Below, one piece after another: positions 1 through 13,945 of a stretch of 64,000 nt of DNA. Origin of the DNA: Macrostomum lignano (lineage: Eukaryota). Below the pieces are notes generated by a model that saw only the letters and a list, made by a program, of their open reading frames with translations, was not told the DNA's origin and searched no databases. The stretch covers positions 186,001 to 250,000 of the forward strand of contig NIVC01000149.1 in NCBI GenBank assembly GCA_002269645.1, given 5' to 3'. The translations under genes and the position numbers were made by a program. Within the stretch, counting starts at the first letter, position 1, and every line of letters starts with the position of its first letter.

Positions 1-3000
1 TTGGATAGAGATCGTGAAGGCAGGAATAGATACTTGGATAGAGATCGTGAAGGCAGGAATAGATACTTGGATAGAGATCATGAAGGCAGGAATAATACTT
101 GGATAGAGATCATGAAGGCAGGAATAGATACTTGGATAGAGATCATGAAGGCAGGAATAGATACTTGGATAGAGATCATGAAGGCAGGAATAATACTTGG
201 ATAGAGATCATGAAGGCAGGAATAGATACTTGGATAGAGATCGTGAAGGCAGGAATAGATACTTGGATAGAGATCGTGAAGGCAGGAATAGATACTTGGA
301 TAGAGATCGTGAAGGCAGGAATAGATACTTGGATAGAGATCGTGAAGGCAGGAATAGATACTTGGATAGAGATCATGAAGGCAGGAATAGATACTTGGAT
401 AGAGATCGTGAAGGCAGGAATAGATACTTGGATAGAGATCGTGAAGGCAGGAATAGATACTTGGATAGAGATCGTGAAGGCAGGAATAGATACTTGGATA
501 GAGATCATGAAGGCAGGAATAGATACTTGGATAGAGATCATGAAGGCAGGAATAGATACTTGGATAGAGATCATGAAGGCAGGAATAGATACTTGGATAG
601 AGATCATGAAGGCAGGAATAGATACTTGGATAGAGATCATGAAGGCAGGAATAGATACTTGGATAGAGATCATGAAGGCAGGAATAGATACTTGGATAGA
701 GATCATGAAGGCAGGAATAGATACTTGGATAGAGATCATGAAGGCAGGAATAGATACTTGGATAGAGATCATGAAGGCAGGAATAGATACTTGGATAGAG
801 ATCGTGAAGGCAGGAATAGATACTTGGATAGAGATCGTGAAGGCAGGAATAGATACTTGGATAGAGATCATGAAGGCAGGAATAGATACTTGGATAGAGA
901 TCATGAAGGCAGGAATAGATACTTGGATAGAGATCATGAAGGCAGGAATAGATACTTGGATAGAGATCATGAAGGCAGGAATAGATACTTGGATAGAGAT
1001 CATGAAGGCAGGAATAGATACTTGGATAGAGATCGTGAAGGCAGGAATAGATACTTGGATAGAGATCGTGAAGGCAGGAATAGATACTTGGATAGAGATC
1101 ATGAAGGCAGGAATAGATACTTGGATAGAGATCATGAAGGCAGGAATAGATACTTGGATAGAGATCATGAAGGCAGGAATAGATACTTGGATAGAGATCA
1201 TGAAGGCAGGAATAGATACTTGGATAGAGATCATGAAGGCAGGAATAGATACTTGGATAGAGATCATGAAGGCAGGAATAGATACTTGGATAGAGATCGT
1301 GAAGGCAGGAATAGATACTTGGATAGAGATCATGAAGGCAGGAATAGATACTTGGATAGAGATCGTGAAGGCAGGAATAGATACTTGGATAGAGATCATG
1401 AAGGCAGGAATAGATACTTGGATAGAGATCGTGAAGGCAGGAATAGATACTTGGATAGAGATCGTGAAGGCAGGAATAATACTTGGATAGAGATCATGAA
1501 GGCAGGAATAGATACTTGGATAGAGATCGTGAAGGCAGGAATAGATACTTGGATAGAGATCATGAAGGCAGGAATAGATACTTGGATAGAGATCGTGAAG
1601 GCAGGAATAGATACTTGGATAGAGATCGTGAAGGCAGGAATAGATACTTGGATAGAGATCATGAAGGCAGGAATAGATACTTGGATAGAGATCGTGAAGG
1701 CAGGAATAGATACTTGGATAGAGATCATGAAGGCAGGAATAGATACTTGGATAGAGATCATGAAGGCAGGAATAGATACTTGGATAGAGATCATGAAGGC
1801 AGGAATAGATACTTGGATAGAGATCATGAAGGCAGGAATAGATACTTGGATAGAGATCGTGAAGGCAGGAATAGATACTTGGATAGAGATCATGAAGGCA
1901 GGAATAGATACTTGGATAGAGATCGTGAAGGCAGGAATAGATACTTGGATAGAGATCGTGAAGGCAGGAATAGATACTTGGATAGAGATCATGAAGGCAG
2001 GAATAGATACTTGGATAGAGATCGTGAAGGCAGGAATAGATACTTGGATAGAGATCATGAAGGCAGGAATAGATACTTGGATAGAGATCATGAAGGCAGG
2101 AATAGATACTTGGATAGAGATCATGAAGGCAGGAATAGATACTTGGATAGAGATCGAAGGCAGGAATAGATACTTGGATAGAGATCATGAAGGCAGGAAT
2201 AGATACTTGGATAGAGATCGTGAAGGCAGGAATAGATACTTGGATAGAGATCGTGAAGGCAGGAATAGATACTTGGATAGAGATCATGAAGGCAGGAATA
2301 GATACTTGGATAGAGATCATGAAGGCAGGAATAGATACTTGGATAGAGATCATGAAGGCAGGAATAGATACTTGGATAGAGATCATGAAGGCAGGAATAG
2401 ATACTTGGATAGAGATCGTGAAGGCAGGAATAGATACTTGGATAGAGATCATGAAGGCAGGAATAGATACTTGGATAGAGATCGTGAAGGCAGGAATAGA
2501 TACTTGGATAGAGATCATGAAGGCAGGAATAGATACTTGGATAGAGATCATGAAGGCAGGAATAGATACTTGGATAGAGATCGTGAAGGCAGGAATAGAT
2601 ACTTGGATAGAGATCATGAAGGCAGGAATAGATACTTGGATAGAGATCATGAAGGCAGGAATAGATACTTGGATAGAGATCGTGAAGGCAGGAATAGATA
2701 CTTGGATAGAGATCATGAAGGCAGGAATAGATACTTGGATAGAGATCGTGAAGGCAGGAATAGATACTTGGATAGAGATCGTGAAGGCAGGAATAGATAC
2801 TTGGATAGAGATCGTGAAGGCAGGAATAGATACTTGGATAGAGATCGTGAAGGCAGGAATAGATACTTGGATAGAGATCATGAAGGCAGGAATAGATACT
2901 TGGATAGAGATCATGAAGGCAGGAATAGATACTTGGATAGAGATCATGAAGGCAGGAATAGATACTTGGATAGAGATCATGAAGGCAGGAATAGATACTT

Positions 3001-6000
3001 GGATAGAGATCATGAAGGCAGGAATAGATACTTGGATAGAGATCATGAAGGCAGGAATAGATACTTGGATAGAGATCATGAAGGCAGGAATAGATACTTG
3101 GATAGAGATCATGAAGGCAGGAATAGATACTTGGATAGAGATCATGAAGGCAGGAATAGATACTTGGATAGAGATCATGAAGGCAGGAATAGATACTTGG
3201 ATAGAGATCATGAAGGCAGGAATAGATACTTGGATAGAGATCATGAAGGCAGGAATAGATACTTGGATAGAGATCATGAAGGCAGGAATAGATACTTGGA
3301 TAGAGATCATGAAGGCAGGAATAGATACTTGGATAGAGATCGTGAAGGCAGGAATAGATACTTGGATAGAGATCGTGAAGGCAGGAATAGATACTTGGAT
3401 AGAGATCATGAAGGCAGGAATAGATACTTGGATAGAGATCATGAAGGCAGGAATAGATACTTGGATAGAGATCATGAAGGCAGGAATAGATACTTGGATA
3501 GAGATCGTGAAGGCAGGAATAGATACTTGGATAGAGATCATGAAGGCAGGAATAGATACTTGGATAGAGATCGTGAAGGCAGGAATAGATACTTGGATAG
3601 AGATCATGAAGGCAGGAATAGATACTTGGATAGAGATCGAAGGCAGGAATAGATACTTGGATAGAGATCATGAAGGCAGGAATAGATACTTGGATAGAGA
3701 TCGTGAAGGCAGGAATAGATACTTGGATAGAGATCATGAAGGCAGGAATAGATACTTGGATAGAGATCATGAAGGCAGGAATAAAAACTTGGATAGAGAT
3801 CATGAAGGCAGGAATAGATACTTGGATAGAGATCATGAAGGCAGGAATAGATACTTGGATAGAGATCGAAGGCAGGAATAGATACTTGGATAGAGATCAT
3901 GAAGGCAGGAATAAAAACTTGGATAGAGATCGTGAAGGCAGGAATTAAAACTTGGATAGAGATCATGAAGGCAGGAATAGATACTTGGATAGAGATCATG
4001 AAGGCAGGAATAGATACTTGGATAGAGATCATGAAGGCAGGAATAGATACTTGGATAGAGATCATGAAGGCAGGAATAGATACTTGGATAGAGATCATGA
4101 AGGCAGGAATAAAAACTTGGATAGAGATCGTGAAGGCAGGAATAAATACTTGGATAGAGATCGTGAAGGCAGGAATAGATACTTGGATAGAGATCGTGAA
4201 GGCAGGAATAGATACTTGGATAGAGATCATGAAGGCAGGAATAGATACTTGGATAGAGATCGTGAAGGCAGGAATAGATACTTGGATAGAGATCGTGAAG
4301 GCAGGAATAGATACTTGGATAGAGATCGTGAAGGCAGGAATAGATACTTGGATAGAGATCGTGAAGGCAGGAATAGATACTTGGATAGAGATCATGAAGG
4401 CAGGAATAGATACTTGGATAGAGATCATGAAGGCAGGAATAGATACTTGGATAGAGATCATGAAGGCAGGAATAGATACTTGGATAGAGATCATGAAGGC
4501 AGGAATAGATACTTGGATAGAGATCATGAAGGCAGGAATAGATACTTGGATAGAGATCATGAAGGCAGGAATAGATACTTGGATAGAGATCATGAAGGCA
4601 GGAATAGATACTTGGATAGAGATCATGAAGGCAGGAATAGATACTTGGATAGAGATCGTGAAGGCAGGAATAGATACTTGGATAGAGATCATGAAGGCAG
4701 GAATAGATACTTGGATAGAGATCATGAAGGCAGGAATAGATACTTGGATAGAGATCATGAAGGCAGGAATAGATACTTGGATAGAGATCGTGAAGGCAGG
4801 AATAGATACTTGGATAGAGATCGTGAAGGCAGGAATAGATACTTGGATAGAGATCATGAAGGCAGGAATAGATACTTGGATAGAGATCATGAAGGCAGGA
4901 ATAGATACTTGGATAGAGATCATGAAGGCAGGAATAGATACTTGGATAGAGATCATGAAGGCAGGAATAGATACTTGGATAGAGATCATGAAGGCAGGAA
5001 TAGATACTTGGATAGAGATCGTGAAGGCAGGAATAGATACTTGGATAGAGATCGTGAAGGCAGGAATAGATACTTGGATAGAGATCGTGAAGGCAGGAAT
5101 AGATACTTGGATAGAGATCATGAAGGCAGGAATAGATACTTGGATAGAGATCGTGAAGGCAGGAATAGATACTTGGATAGAGATCGTGAAGGCAGGAATA
5201 GATACTTGGATAGAGATCGTGAAGGCAGGAATAGATACTTGGATAGAGATCATGAAGGCAGGAATAGATACTTGGATAGAGATCATGAAGGCAGGAATAG
5301 ATACTTGGATAGAGATCGTGAAGGCAGGAATAGATACTTGGATAGAGATCATGAAGGCAGGAATAGATACTTGGATAGAGATCATGAAGGCAGGAATAGA
5401 TACTTGGATAGAGATCATGAAGGCAGGAATAGATACTTGGATAGAGATCATGAAGGCAGGAATAGATACTTGGATAGAGATCGTGAAGGCAGGAATAGAT
5501 ACTTGGATAGAGATCATGAAGGCAGGAATAGATACTTGGATAGAGATCATGAAGGCAGGAATAGATACTTGGATAGAGATCGTGAAGGCAGGAATAGATA
5601 CTTGGATAGAGATCGTGAAGGCAGGAATAGATACTTGGATAGAGATCATGAAGGCAGGAATAGATACTTGGATAGAGATCATGAAGGCAGGAATAGATAC
5701 TTGGATAGAGATCATGAAGGCAGGAATAGATACTTGGATAGAGATCATGAAGGCAGGAATAGATACTTGGATAGAGATCATGAAGGCAGGAATAGATACT
5801 TGGATAGAGATCATGAAGGCAGGAATAGATACTTGGATAGAGATCATGAAGGCAGGAATAGATACTTGGATAGAGATCATGAAGGCAGGAATAGATACTT
5901 GGATAGAGATCATGAAGGCAGGAATAGATACTTGGATAGAGATCATGAAGGCAGGAATAGATACTTGGATAGAGATCATGAAGGCAGGAATAGATACTTG

Positions 6001-7750
6001 GATAGAGATCATGAAGGCAGGAATAGATACTTGGATAGAGATCATGAAGGCAGGAATAGATACTTGGATAGAGATCATGAAGGCAGGAATAGATACTTGG
6101 ATAGAGATCATGAAGGCAGGAATAGATACTTGGATAGAGATCATGAAGGCAGGAATAGATACTTGGATAGAGATCGTGAAGGCAGGAATAGATACTTGGA
6201 TAGAGATCGTGAAGGCAGGAATAGATACTTGGATAGAGATCATGAAGGCAGGAATAGATACTTGGATAGAGATCATGAAGGCAGGAATTGATACTTGGAT
6301 AGAGATCGTGAAGGCAGGAATAGATACTTGGATAGAGATCGTGAAGGCAGGAATAGATACTTGGATAGAGATCATGAAGGCAGGAATAGATACTTGGATA
6401 GAGATCATGAAGGCAGGAATAGATACTTGGATAGAGATCATGAAGGCAGGAATAGATACTTGGATAGAGATCATGAAGGCAGGAATAAAAACTTGGATAG
6501 AGATCGTGAAGGCAGGAATAGATACTTGGATAGAGATCGTGAAGGCAGGAATAGATACTTGGATAGAGATCGTGAAGGCAGGAATAGATACTTGGATAGA
6601 GATCATGAAGGCAGGAATAGATACTTGGATAGAGATCATGAAGGCAGGAATAGATACTTGGATAGAGATCATGAAGGCAGGAATAGATACTTGGATAGAG
6701 ATCGTGAAGGCAGGAATAGATACTTGGATAGAGATCATGAAGGCAGGAATAGATACTTGGATAGAGATCATGAAGGCAGGAATAGATACTTGGATAGAGA
6801 TCATGAAGGCAGGAATAGATACTTGGATAGAGATCATGAAGGCAGGAATAGATACTTGGATAGAGATCATGAAGGCAGGAATAGATACTTGGATAGAGAT
6901 CATGAAGGCAGGAATAGATACTTGGATAGAGATCATGAAGGCAGGAATAGATACTTGGATAGAGATCATGAAGGCAGGAATAGATACTTGGATAGAGATC
7001 ATGAAGGCAGGAATAGATACTTGGATAGAGATCATGAAGGCAGGAATAGATACTTGGATAGAGATCATGAAGGCAGGAATAGATACTTGGATAGAGATCA
7101 TGAAGGCAGGAATAGATACTTGGATAGAGATCATGAAGGCAGGAATAGATACTTGGATAGAGATCATGAAGGCAGGAATAGATACTTGGATAGAGATCAT
7201 GAAGGCAGGAATAGATACTTGGATAGAGATCATGAAGGCAGGAATAGATACTTGGATAGAGATCGTGAAGGCAGGAATAGATACTTGGATAGAGATCGTG
7301 AAGGCAGGAATAGATACTTGGATAGAGATCGTGAAGGCAGGAATAGATACTTGGATAGAGATCGTGAAGGCAGGAATAGATACTTGGATAGAGATCGTGA
7401 AGGCAGGAATAGATACTTGGATAGAGATCGTGAAGGCAGGAATAGATACTTGGATAGAGATCATGAAGGCAGGAATAGATATTGGATAGAGATCATGAAG
7501 GCAGGAATAGATACTTGGATAGAGATCATGAAGGCAGGAATAGATACTTGGATAGAGATCATGAAGGCAGGAATAGATACTTGGATAGAGATCATGAAGG
7601 CAGGAATAGATACTTGGATAGAGATCATGAAGGCAGGAATAGATACTTGGATAGAGATCATGAAGGCAGGAATAGATACTTGGATAGAGATCGTGAAGGC
7701 AGGAATAGATACTTGGATAGAGATCGTGAAGGCAGGAATAGATATTTGGA
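1..7750. repeat. 33-bp satellite, unit TTGGATAGAGATC(A/G)TGAAGGCAGGAATAGATAC, about 235 copies, truncated by the window start
   Basis: Near-perfect head-to-tail units. One common dimorphic site (CAT/CGT), rare 32- and 31-bp deletion units and AAAA variants. No unique spacers. Confidence 0.98.
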
Positions 7751-8338
7751 TATATTTTTTAGCTTAGCGACAAACATCTCCACCTGCTAGCTCGGCCAGA
7801 TAATATTAATTGCCCTTGGAGACTCAGATAAATTTTCAAAATTGTTTCCAGGCAGTTGATGATTGACAGGTTCGAGCAAATTTTCGGGGACGAAGAAATC
7901 GCCTTTTGTCTCCAAGCGAAAAGGGGGAACTGGGCCCAGGGTTGCTAGGCCTGAGTTATGCTTGGATCCCACCCCGCACAAGTCTGCAGAGCTGCGGTGG
8001 AGTCTGCGACACAGCGCATGTTTGAGCTGCATCGGACTGCTCAGGTTTAACAATGTTTTTTTCCGCTATCTTATCGCTGCAGCCGGCAAAGCTCGATGGG
8101 AGACGGGGTGGATGAAAGGCCGAAGCCTCGTTTTGCTTTTAATCTTAGCCGCTCCGAGTTCGCTTTGCGAGGCCGGCGCCTCCACACAAAGCGGCCAATT
8201 TTTTGAATCGGGACCATTTTTTGCCGGTTCAGCTGGCGCGGAGGTCGAATATTCCCATGAATCCCGACCGCATGGCTGATGCGATTTGGGCCAAGTTGGC
8301 TCTGCTGTTTGCAAGTGCTTCACCTGCCTTCATTGTTA

Positions 8339-8872
8339 GAGTGGGTGTGGAATGGTGGGGCTGTTACTGAGGGTGTTACAGAGTGGGTGTGGAATGGTGG
8401 GGCTGTTACTGAGGGTGTCACAGAGTGGGTGTGGAATGGTGGGGCTGTTACTGAGGGTGTCACAGAGTGGGTGTGGAATGGTGAGGCTGTTACTGAGGGT
8501 GTTACAGAGTGGGTGTGGAATGGTGGGCTGTTACTGAGGGTGTCACAGAGTGGGTGTGGAATGGTGGGGCTGTTACTGAGGGTGTCACAGAGTGGGTGTG
8601 GAATGGTGGGGCTGTTACTGAGGGTGTCACAGAGTGGGTGTGGAATGGTGGGGCTGTTACTGAGGGTGTTGCAGAGTGGGTGTGGAATGGTGGGGCTGTT
8701 ACTGAGGGTGTTACAGAGTGGGTGTGGAATGGTGGGGCTGTTACTGAGGGTGTTACAGAGTGGGTGTGGAATGGTGGGCTGTTACTGAGGGTGTCACAGA
8801 GTGGGTGTGGAATGGTGGGGCTGCTACTGAGGGTGTCACAGAGTGGGTGTGGAATGGTGGGGCTGCTACTGA
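8339..8872. repeat. 42-bp G-rich minisatellite (GAGTGGGTGTGGAATGGTGGGGCTGTTACTGAGGGTGTCACA), about 12-13 copies
   Basis: Direct tandem units; 14-aa periodicity in the ORF track. Confidence 0.95.
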
Positions 8873-10506
8873 GTCTGTTACGGTGTGCAGTGGGTGCAGA
8901 ATCGTGAGGCTGTTACAGAGGGTGTTACGAATGGCAATAGAATTTATAGCTGTGTCACAAGGTAAATGTGAGGGTGTTGCAATTGTTATAGAAATCTGAA
9001 GCTACCTGTCTGCCTTAATGCCATTGCGTGAGGTGCGACGATGCGAGCCTCTATTCATTATGACTGCCAGCTCCAGGTGCATTGACTTTGGTGCAAAAGT
9101 GGGTGCTACAATTGAATTTTTTAAACCTCGACTCAGACTTGAGGGGTTTGAGTCGATGTGTCACAACGTCAATCTTAATTTCATAGCCTCAAAGCTTGGT
9201 CTAGTGGTGCAAAAATGCGGTTTCCCTTCCACATCCCAGTGAACATTGTCGCCCCTATTAATCTATCAATCATTTTAACAAATTGTCAATCAAAGCCATC
9301 CCAACGCGTGCCTCGCCCACTACAAGTTTTTACGGTTCACAAAGAAATTCACAAAAGTTGATTGGACTGGCTGGGTGCTAGAAGCAAACACTTCTCTGGC
9401 CTTCGTGTCTGCCTGCCCCGTCTGTCTCTCCGAAGCGAGCACAAACTGTTTTGAATGGCATCGGCGAGCAACAGGTGGCTTCAAGCAAGCCCGGGCCACT
9501 TCTGCTTTCGTCTCTCTCGGCCACGGCACACCCGGGCAAGCCTCGGGGTGCCGGGGAGGGGGGGGTCGTGCGCCCCTCCCCTCTCCCCCTCACAGTATTC
9601 AGGTTACAAGTGTAGACGGGCGATGGACCAGCGCTGCGGGGGGGGGGGTTGGGCCATAGACTAAACACACTCCAGTCCCAAGTCGGGCTTTGACAATGGG
9701 CTTGTTTTACTCTCTTGTTAAAATTGAAAATTTTCGAACAACCTCTTCTGCGCCTGTCTGTGGATTGAAGCAGCTCCGACTATCGATTGAACAACAAAGC
9801 CGAGGATTTTCTGTGCTTCTCTTTGTCAAGAGCTCGTCTTCAACTGCACACTCCCGCTCCCTGGGGGCACACAAATGAAGCGCGGGCATGTGGCAAGTGA
9901 AGAAGATCGAAATTTCTAGTGCAAGAAAGAAGTTGAAAGAGGCAGTTTGTTGAAATGCAGTGTGAAGTGACAGAGGAAGAGATAAGGCGCCGGGCGTGAC
10001 TGAGGGGGGAGGGGGGCTTCACTGGGGCACATAAAGGTGTGGCTGATTTTGACAGCCATTCATTTTTGCTGCACGTATTCATAGATGCGGATCGCGGCCC
10101 TCGTATCAATTGTTAATATCACGGCCGGCTGCAACATGCTTCGTTAAAAATCTGTTCCTACAGCGAGGCTGTGCTGCACTAATCAGCCTGTCAACCTGTC
10201 CATCATCAGTCAGTTCGTGTCAGTGCTCGATTTTGGCTGCTTGATGGACACTGCGTTGATTGCACTGACAAAGCTATGGGCTGGATTTGGACATATGATC
10301 GCTTTTTCTGTGTACCTGCCTGCCTGCCTTATCAATGTTTCTGTTTGACATGCGCCACACTAATGCAGGTGTTATTTGAGCATAATTGCGCCCCCCCCCC
10401 CAGACTGGAGGTTTTAAGCTGTGAGGGAGATGGCATGGAAACCAGGACTCCAGTTTAAAAGCTTGAGATTGGAGCAGATAGAGATAAGGAAGAGACAGAT
10501 GGAGAG

Positions 10507-10862
10507 TGCCTGGTGGACAGTGGCAGAGACAGGGGAGGCTGGCTGGTGGACAGTGGCAGAGACAGGGGAGGCTGGCTGGTGGACAGTGGCAGAGACAGGG
10601 GAGGCTGGCTGGTGGACAGTGGCAGAGACAGGGGAGGCTGGCTGGTGGACAGTGGCAGAGACAGGGGAGGCTGGCTGGTGGACAGTGGCAGAGACAGGGG
10701 AGGCTGGCTGGTGGACAGTGGCAGAGACAGGGGAGGCTGGCTGGTGGACAGTGGCAGAGACAGGGGAGGCTGGCTGGTGGACAGTGGCAGAGACAGGGGA
10801 GGCTGGCTGGTGGACAGTGGCAGAGACAGGGGAGGCTGGCTGGTGGACAGTGGCAGAGACAG
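10507..10862. repeat. 33-bp minisatellite (CTGGTGGACAGTGGCAGAGACAGGGGAGGCTGG), about 10-11 copies; unrelated to the 1-7750 satellite
   Basis: Identical tandem units. Confidence 0.95.
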
Positions 10863-11323
10863 GGTGAGTGGCGGTCAGAGATGGGGAGAGCAGGGCAGGA
10901 GACTGTGAGCGGTGTCCGGTGGCCGGGCATCCATCATTTTCTTATCAATCAAGCTGGGTGGCTGCCCGCTGTTCGTCTCGCGTGCGACACCCCGCAGTCC
11001 CTCCTCGCCTCCCCCCTTTCAGGCGGCGCCGCTGGTGGCACGTCGGGGGGGGGGGGGGGGTTCGGGAAGAAGGAAGAGGGGAAAAGATTGAAAAGGAATG
11101 AAAAGTAAATAAAGCTGCGGATTCTGCCGCTAAGCCCGCAGATGGGCGGTCGGGCTCTCCGCTGTCTCGCTCGTGTCTTGACACTTTTTTGATAGATTCG
11201 GTGGACTGCCGCCGCTGCTGCCGCCGCTGAGCTGAGCCGCTCCTGCGAGGGTTTCGCGTGTCCGGCAAGTAGCGATGAAAGCGGCAGAAATCAAATCAAA
11301 ATCATAACTTAGAAACCGAATAC

Positions 11324-11520
11324 TTTTGATGTCGGACTATGCCACTTTTGATGCCACTTTTGATGTCGGACTATGCCACTTTTGATGCCACTTTTGATGT
11401 CGGACTATGCCACTTTTGATGTCGGACTATGCCACTTTTGATGTCGGACTATGTCACTTTTGATGCCACTTTTGATGTCGAACTATGCCACTTTTGATCT
11501 GCCATTTTGATACCGGAATC
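11324..11520. repeat. 22-bp minisatellite (TTTGATGTCGGACTATGCCACT) interspersed with shorter TTTGATGCCACT units
   Basis: Tandem units read directly, degenerate at the right end. Confidence 0.85.
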
Positions 11521-12386
11521 TGCCACTTTGCATTGGTTTCTGTTCAATCAGATTGACTCAAGTGACCAACGCTTTACCAGCCATTAGAGGCTGGCAAGAC
11601 TTTTCCCGTGCAGCTCAAGGTGGGCAAGAGGCGATTCATAAAATATGCGAAAATTCTTTCATATTTTCGTATTTTCCCAACGCCTGCCTCCTTGACTCGC
11701 AAGCCCCCCCCCCCTTATTTCCATTATCAGAGCCTCTGACTGACGTCTGTCTGTCATGGGCGACTGCAGACTTGAGTAGCACCGGACTCCCCCCGTCTCT
11801 TCCAGTGAAGCGGGCAGCGGCCAATCTGATGAAGGAGAGAGGCTGGGCAGTCCGCTTCCCTCTCTCTCTCTCCTCTCCTCTCTCAGCCCCATCAATTACG
11901 CAAAATGACAGCGCCTTATCAAGCCGGGGAGCTGCTTGTCAAAAACCCAAGGCCTCCTTGCCCCCCCCTCCTCCCTTCTCCGCTTGCGGCCCCCCTGGGA
12001 GGCTGGGAAAGGCGGAGGACGAGTCCAGACTGATGGAGAAAATGGAGGAAGGGAGACTGCGGCGCAGGGGGGGTAGAGTTCTTGGCGGGTCCGGAGAGAG
12101 CGGCGAGGGGTCAGCGGCAGCAGCGACTGCCTCTCGGGCTCCTCGAGTGACTCCTCAGAGAGCGGAGCTTCTGGTCACTCAGAAGGGATTGGGAAAATTG
12201 AAAGCCTTCAAGCCCGCTTTTGCATGCGCACTCAGCGGCCCCCCAGCTGCCCTCCTGCAAGTTTTGATTAGATCGTGTCACATGGGAGGCAGAGGCGGGC
12301 AGCGCTGTCTTGTGACAAGAGGTTTTGGCACGGCACAGGAATTCCGGGGTGCAAAAGATGAAGTAGTGAGCGCGGTTAGTTAGAAT

Positions 12387-12727
12387 CTGAGATCTGGGAT
12401 CTGAGATCTGGGATCTGAGATCTGAGATCTGGGATCTAAGATCTGGGATCTGGGATCTGAGATCTGAGATCTGGGATCTGAGATCTGGGATCTGGGATCT
12501 GAGATCTGGGATCTGAGATCTGGGATCTGAGATCTGGGATCTGAGATCTGGGATCTGAGATCTGGGATCTGAGATCTGGGATCTGAGATCTGGGATCTGA
12601 GATCTGGGATCTGAGATCTGGGATCTGAGATCTGGGATCTGGGATCTGAGATCTGGGATCTGAGATCTGGGATCTGGGATCTGAGATCTGGGATCTGGGA
12701 TCTGAGATCTGGGATCTGAGATCTGGG
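12387..12727. repeat. 7-bp two-variant tandem repeat (CTGAGAT / CTGGGAT)
   Basis: Alternating and clustered heptamer variants, about 48 units. Confidence 0.95.
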
Positions 12728-13387
12728 GAAATCTTCAAATCGGAATATTGGGATTGCAATCTAAGATGACACAGGCGGTCTGTGTTTCTGTAGTTAAGAA
12801 AAATAATTGTAAAAAGCATTTTACTTGTGAAAACAGCAGAGTGAGTAACTGACTGCAGCGGCACCCACCGCAGAAGTTCCGCATTTTTCCCCAATTTCGC
12901 TTTCAATTTTCCGTGTCGGGGCTTTTTGCCTGACGAATTGCGGTAGAAATCTCTCAAATGGGATTCGGCGCGAACAGCAGCAGTGATCCCAGAGGCCATA
13001 AGATTGCACTCCGCCTCGGTGACTGCCGCGGTGCGGTAGGTCCCTCCCTACACCTGCTCCTCTTTGTGGCCTAAAAAGTGGCGCGCCTAAAAACAACAAA
13101 AATCCAACTTCTGGCTTCGGTTTCAAAATTGATGAAGCGGAGGCTGGATTGTAACGATCGCCGCGGAGTGGCTGGGGTGGAGTGGGGAAGATTATCCCCA
13201 GCCCTCCGCCCCGACGCGGTCGAGACTTTCTGCGCCGTTTCCTAAGATTTTCTGTCTTTAAAGAGCCGGCCGCCCTCCCCCCCCAGTCGACCTCCCTAGT
13301 GACAAGTGGCCCAGAAATTCTTGTTGCTTTCTGCTGTCGCCGCCGCCAGAACAGTCAGGGGACTTCACCTATTAATTATTCTGCGAA

Positions 13388-13945
<558 letters not shown>

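Noticed and set aside
1-7750. CRISPR-like 33-bp repeats and ORFs over 1000 aa on both strands
   Set aside because: Units abut with no spacers and there are no cas genes. The ORFs exist because the 33-bp unit lacks stops in several frames.
8112-8279. Short ORF MKGRSLVLLLILAAPSSLCEA... resembling a signal peptide
   Set aside because: No coding-type codon bias and no recognisable mature peptide or processing sites; likely chance.
11553-12383. 276-aa ORF in GC-rich DNA
   Set aside because: Rare start codon, no domain, and composition follows C-runs and G-runs; more likely regulatory sequence.
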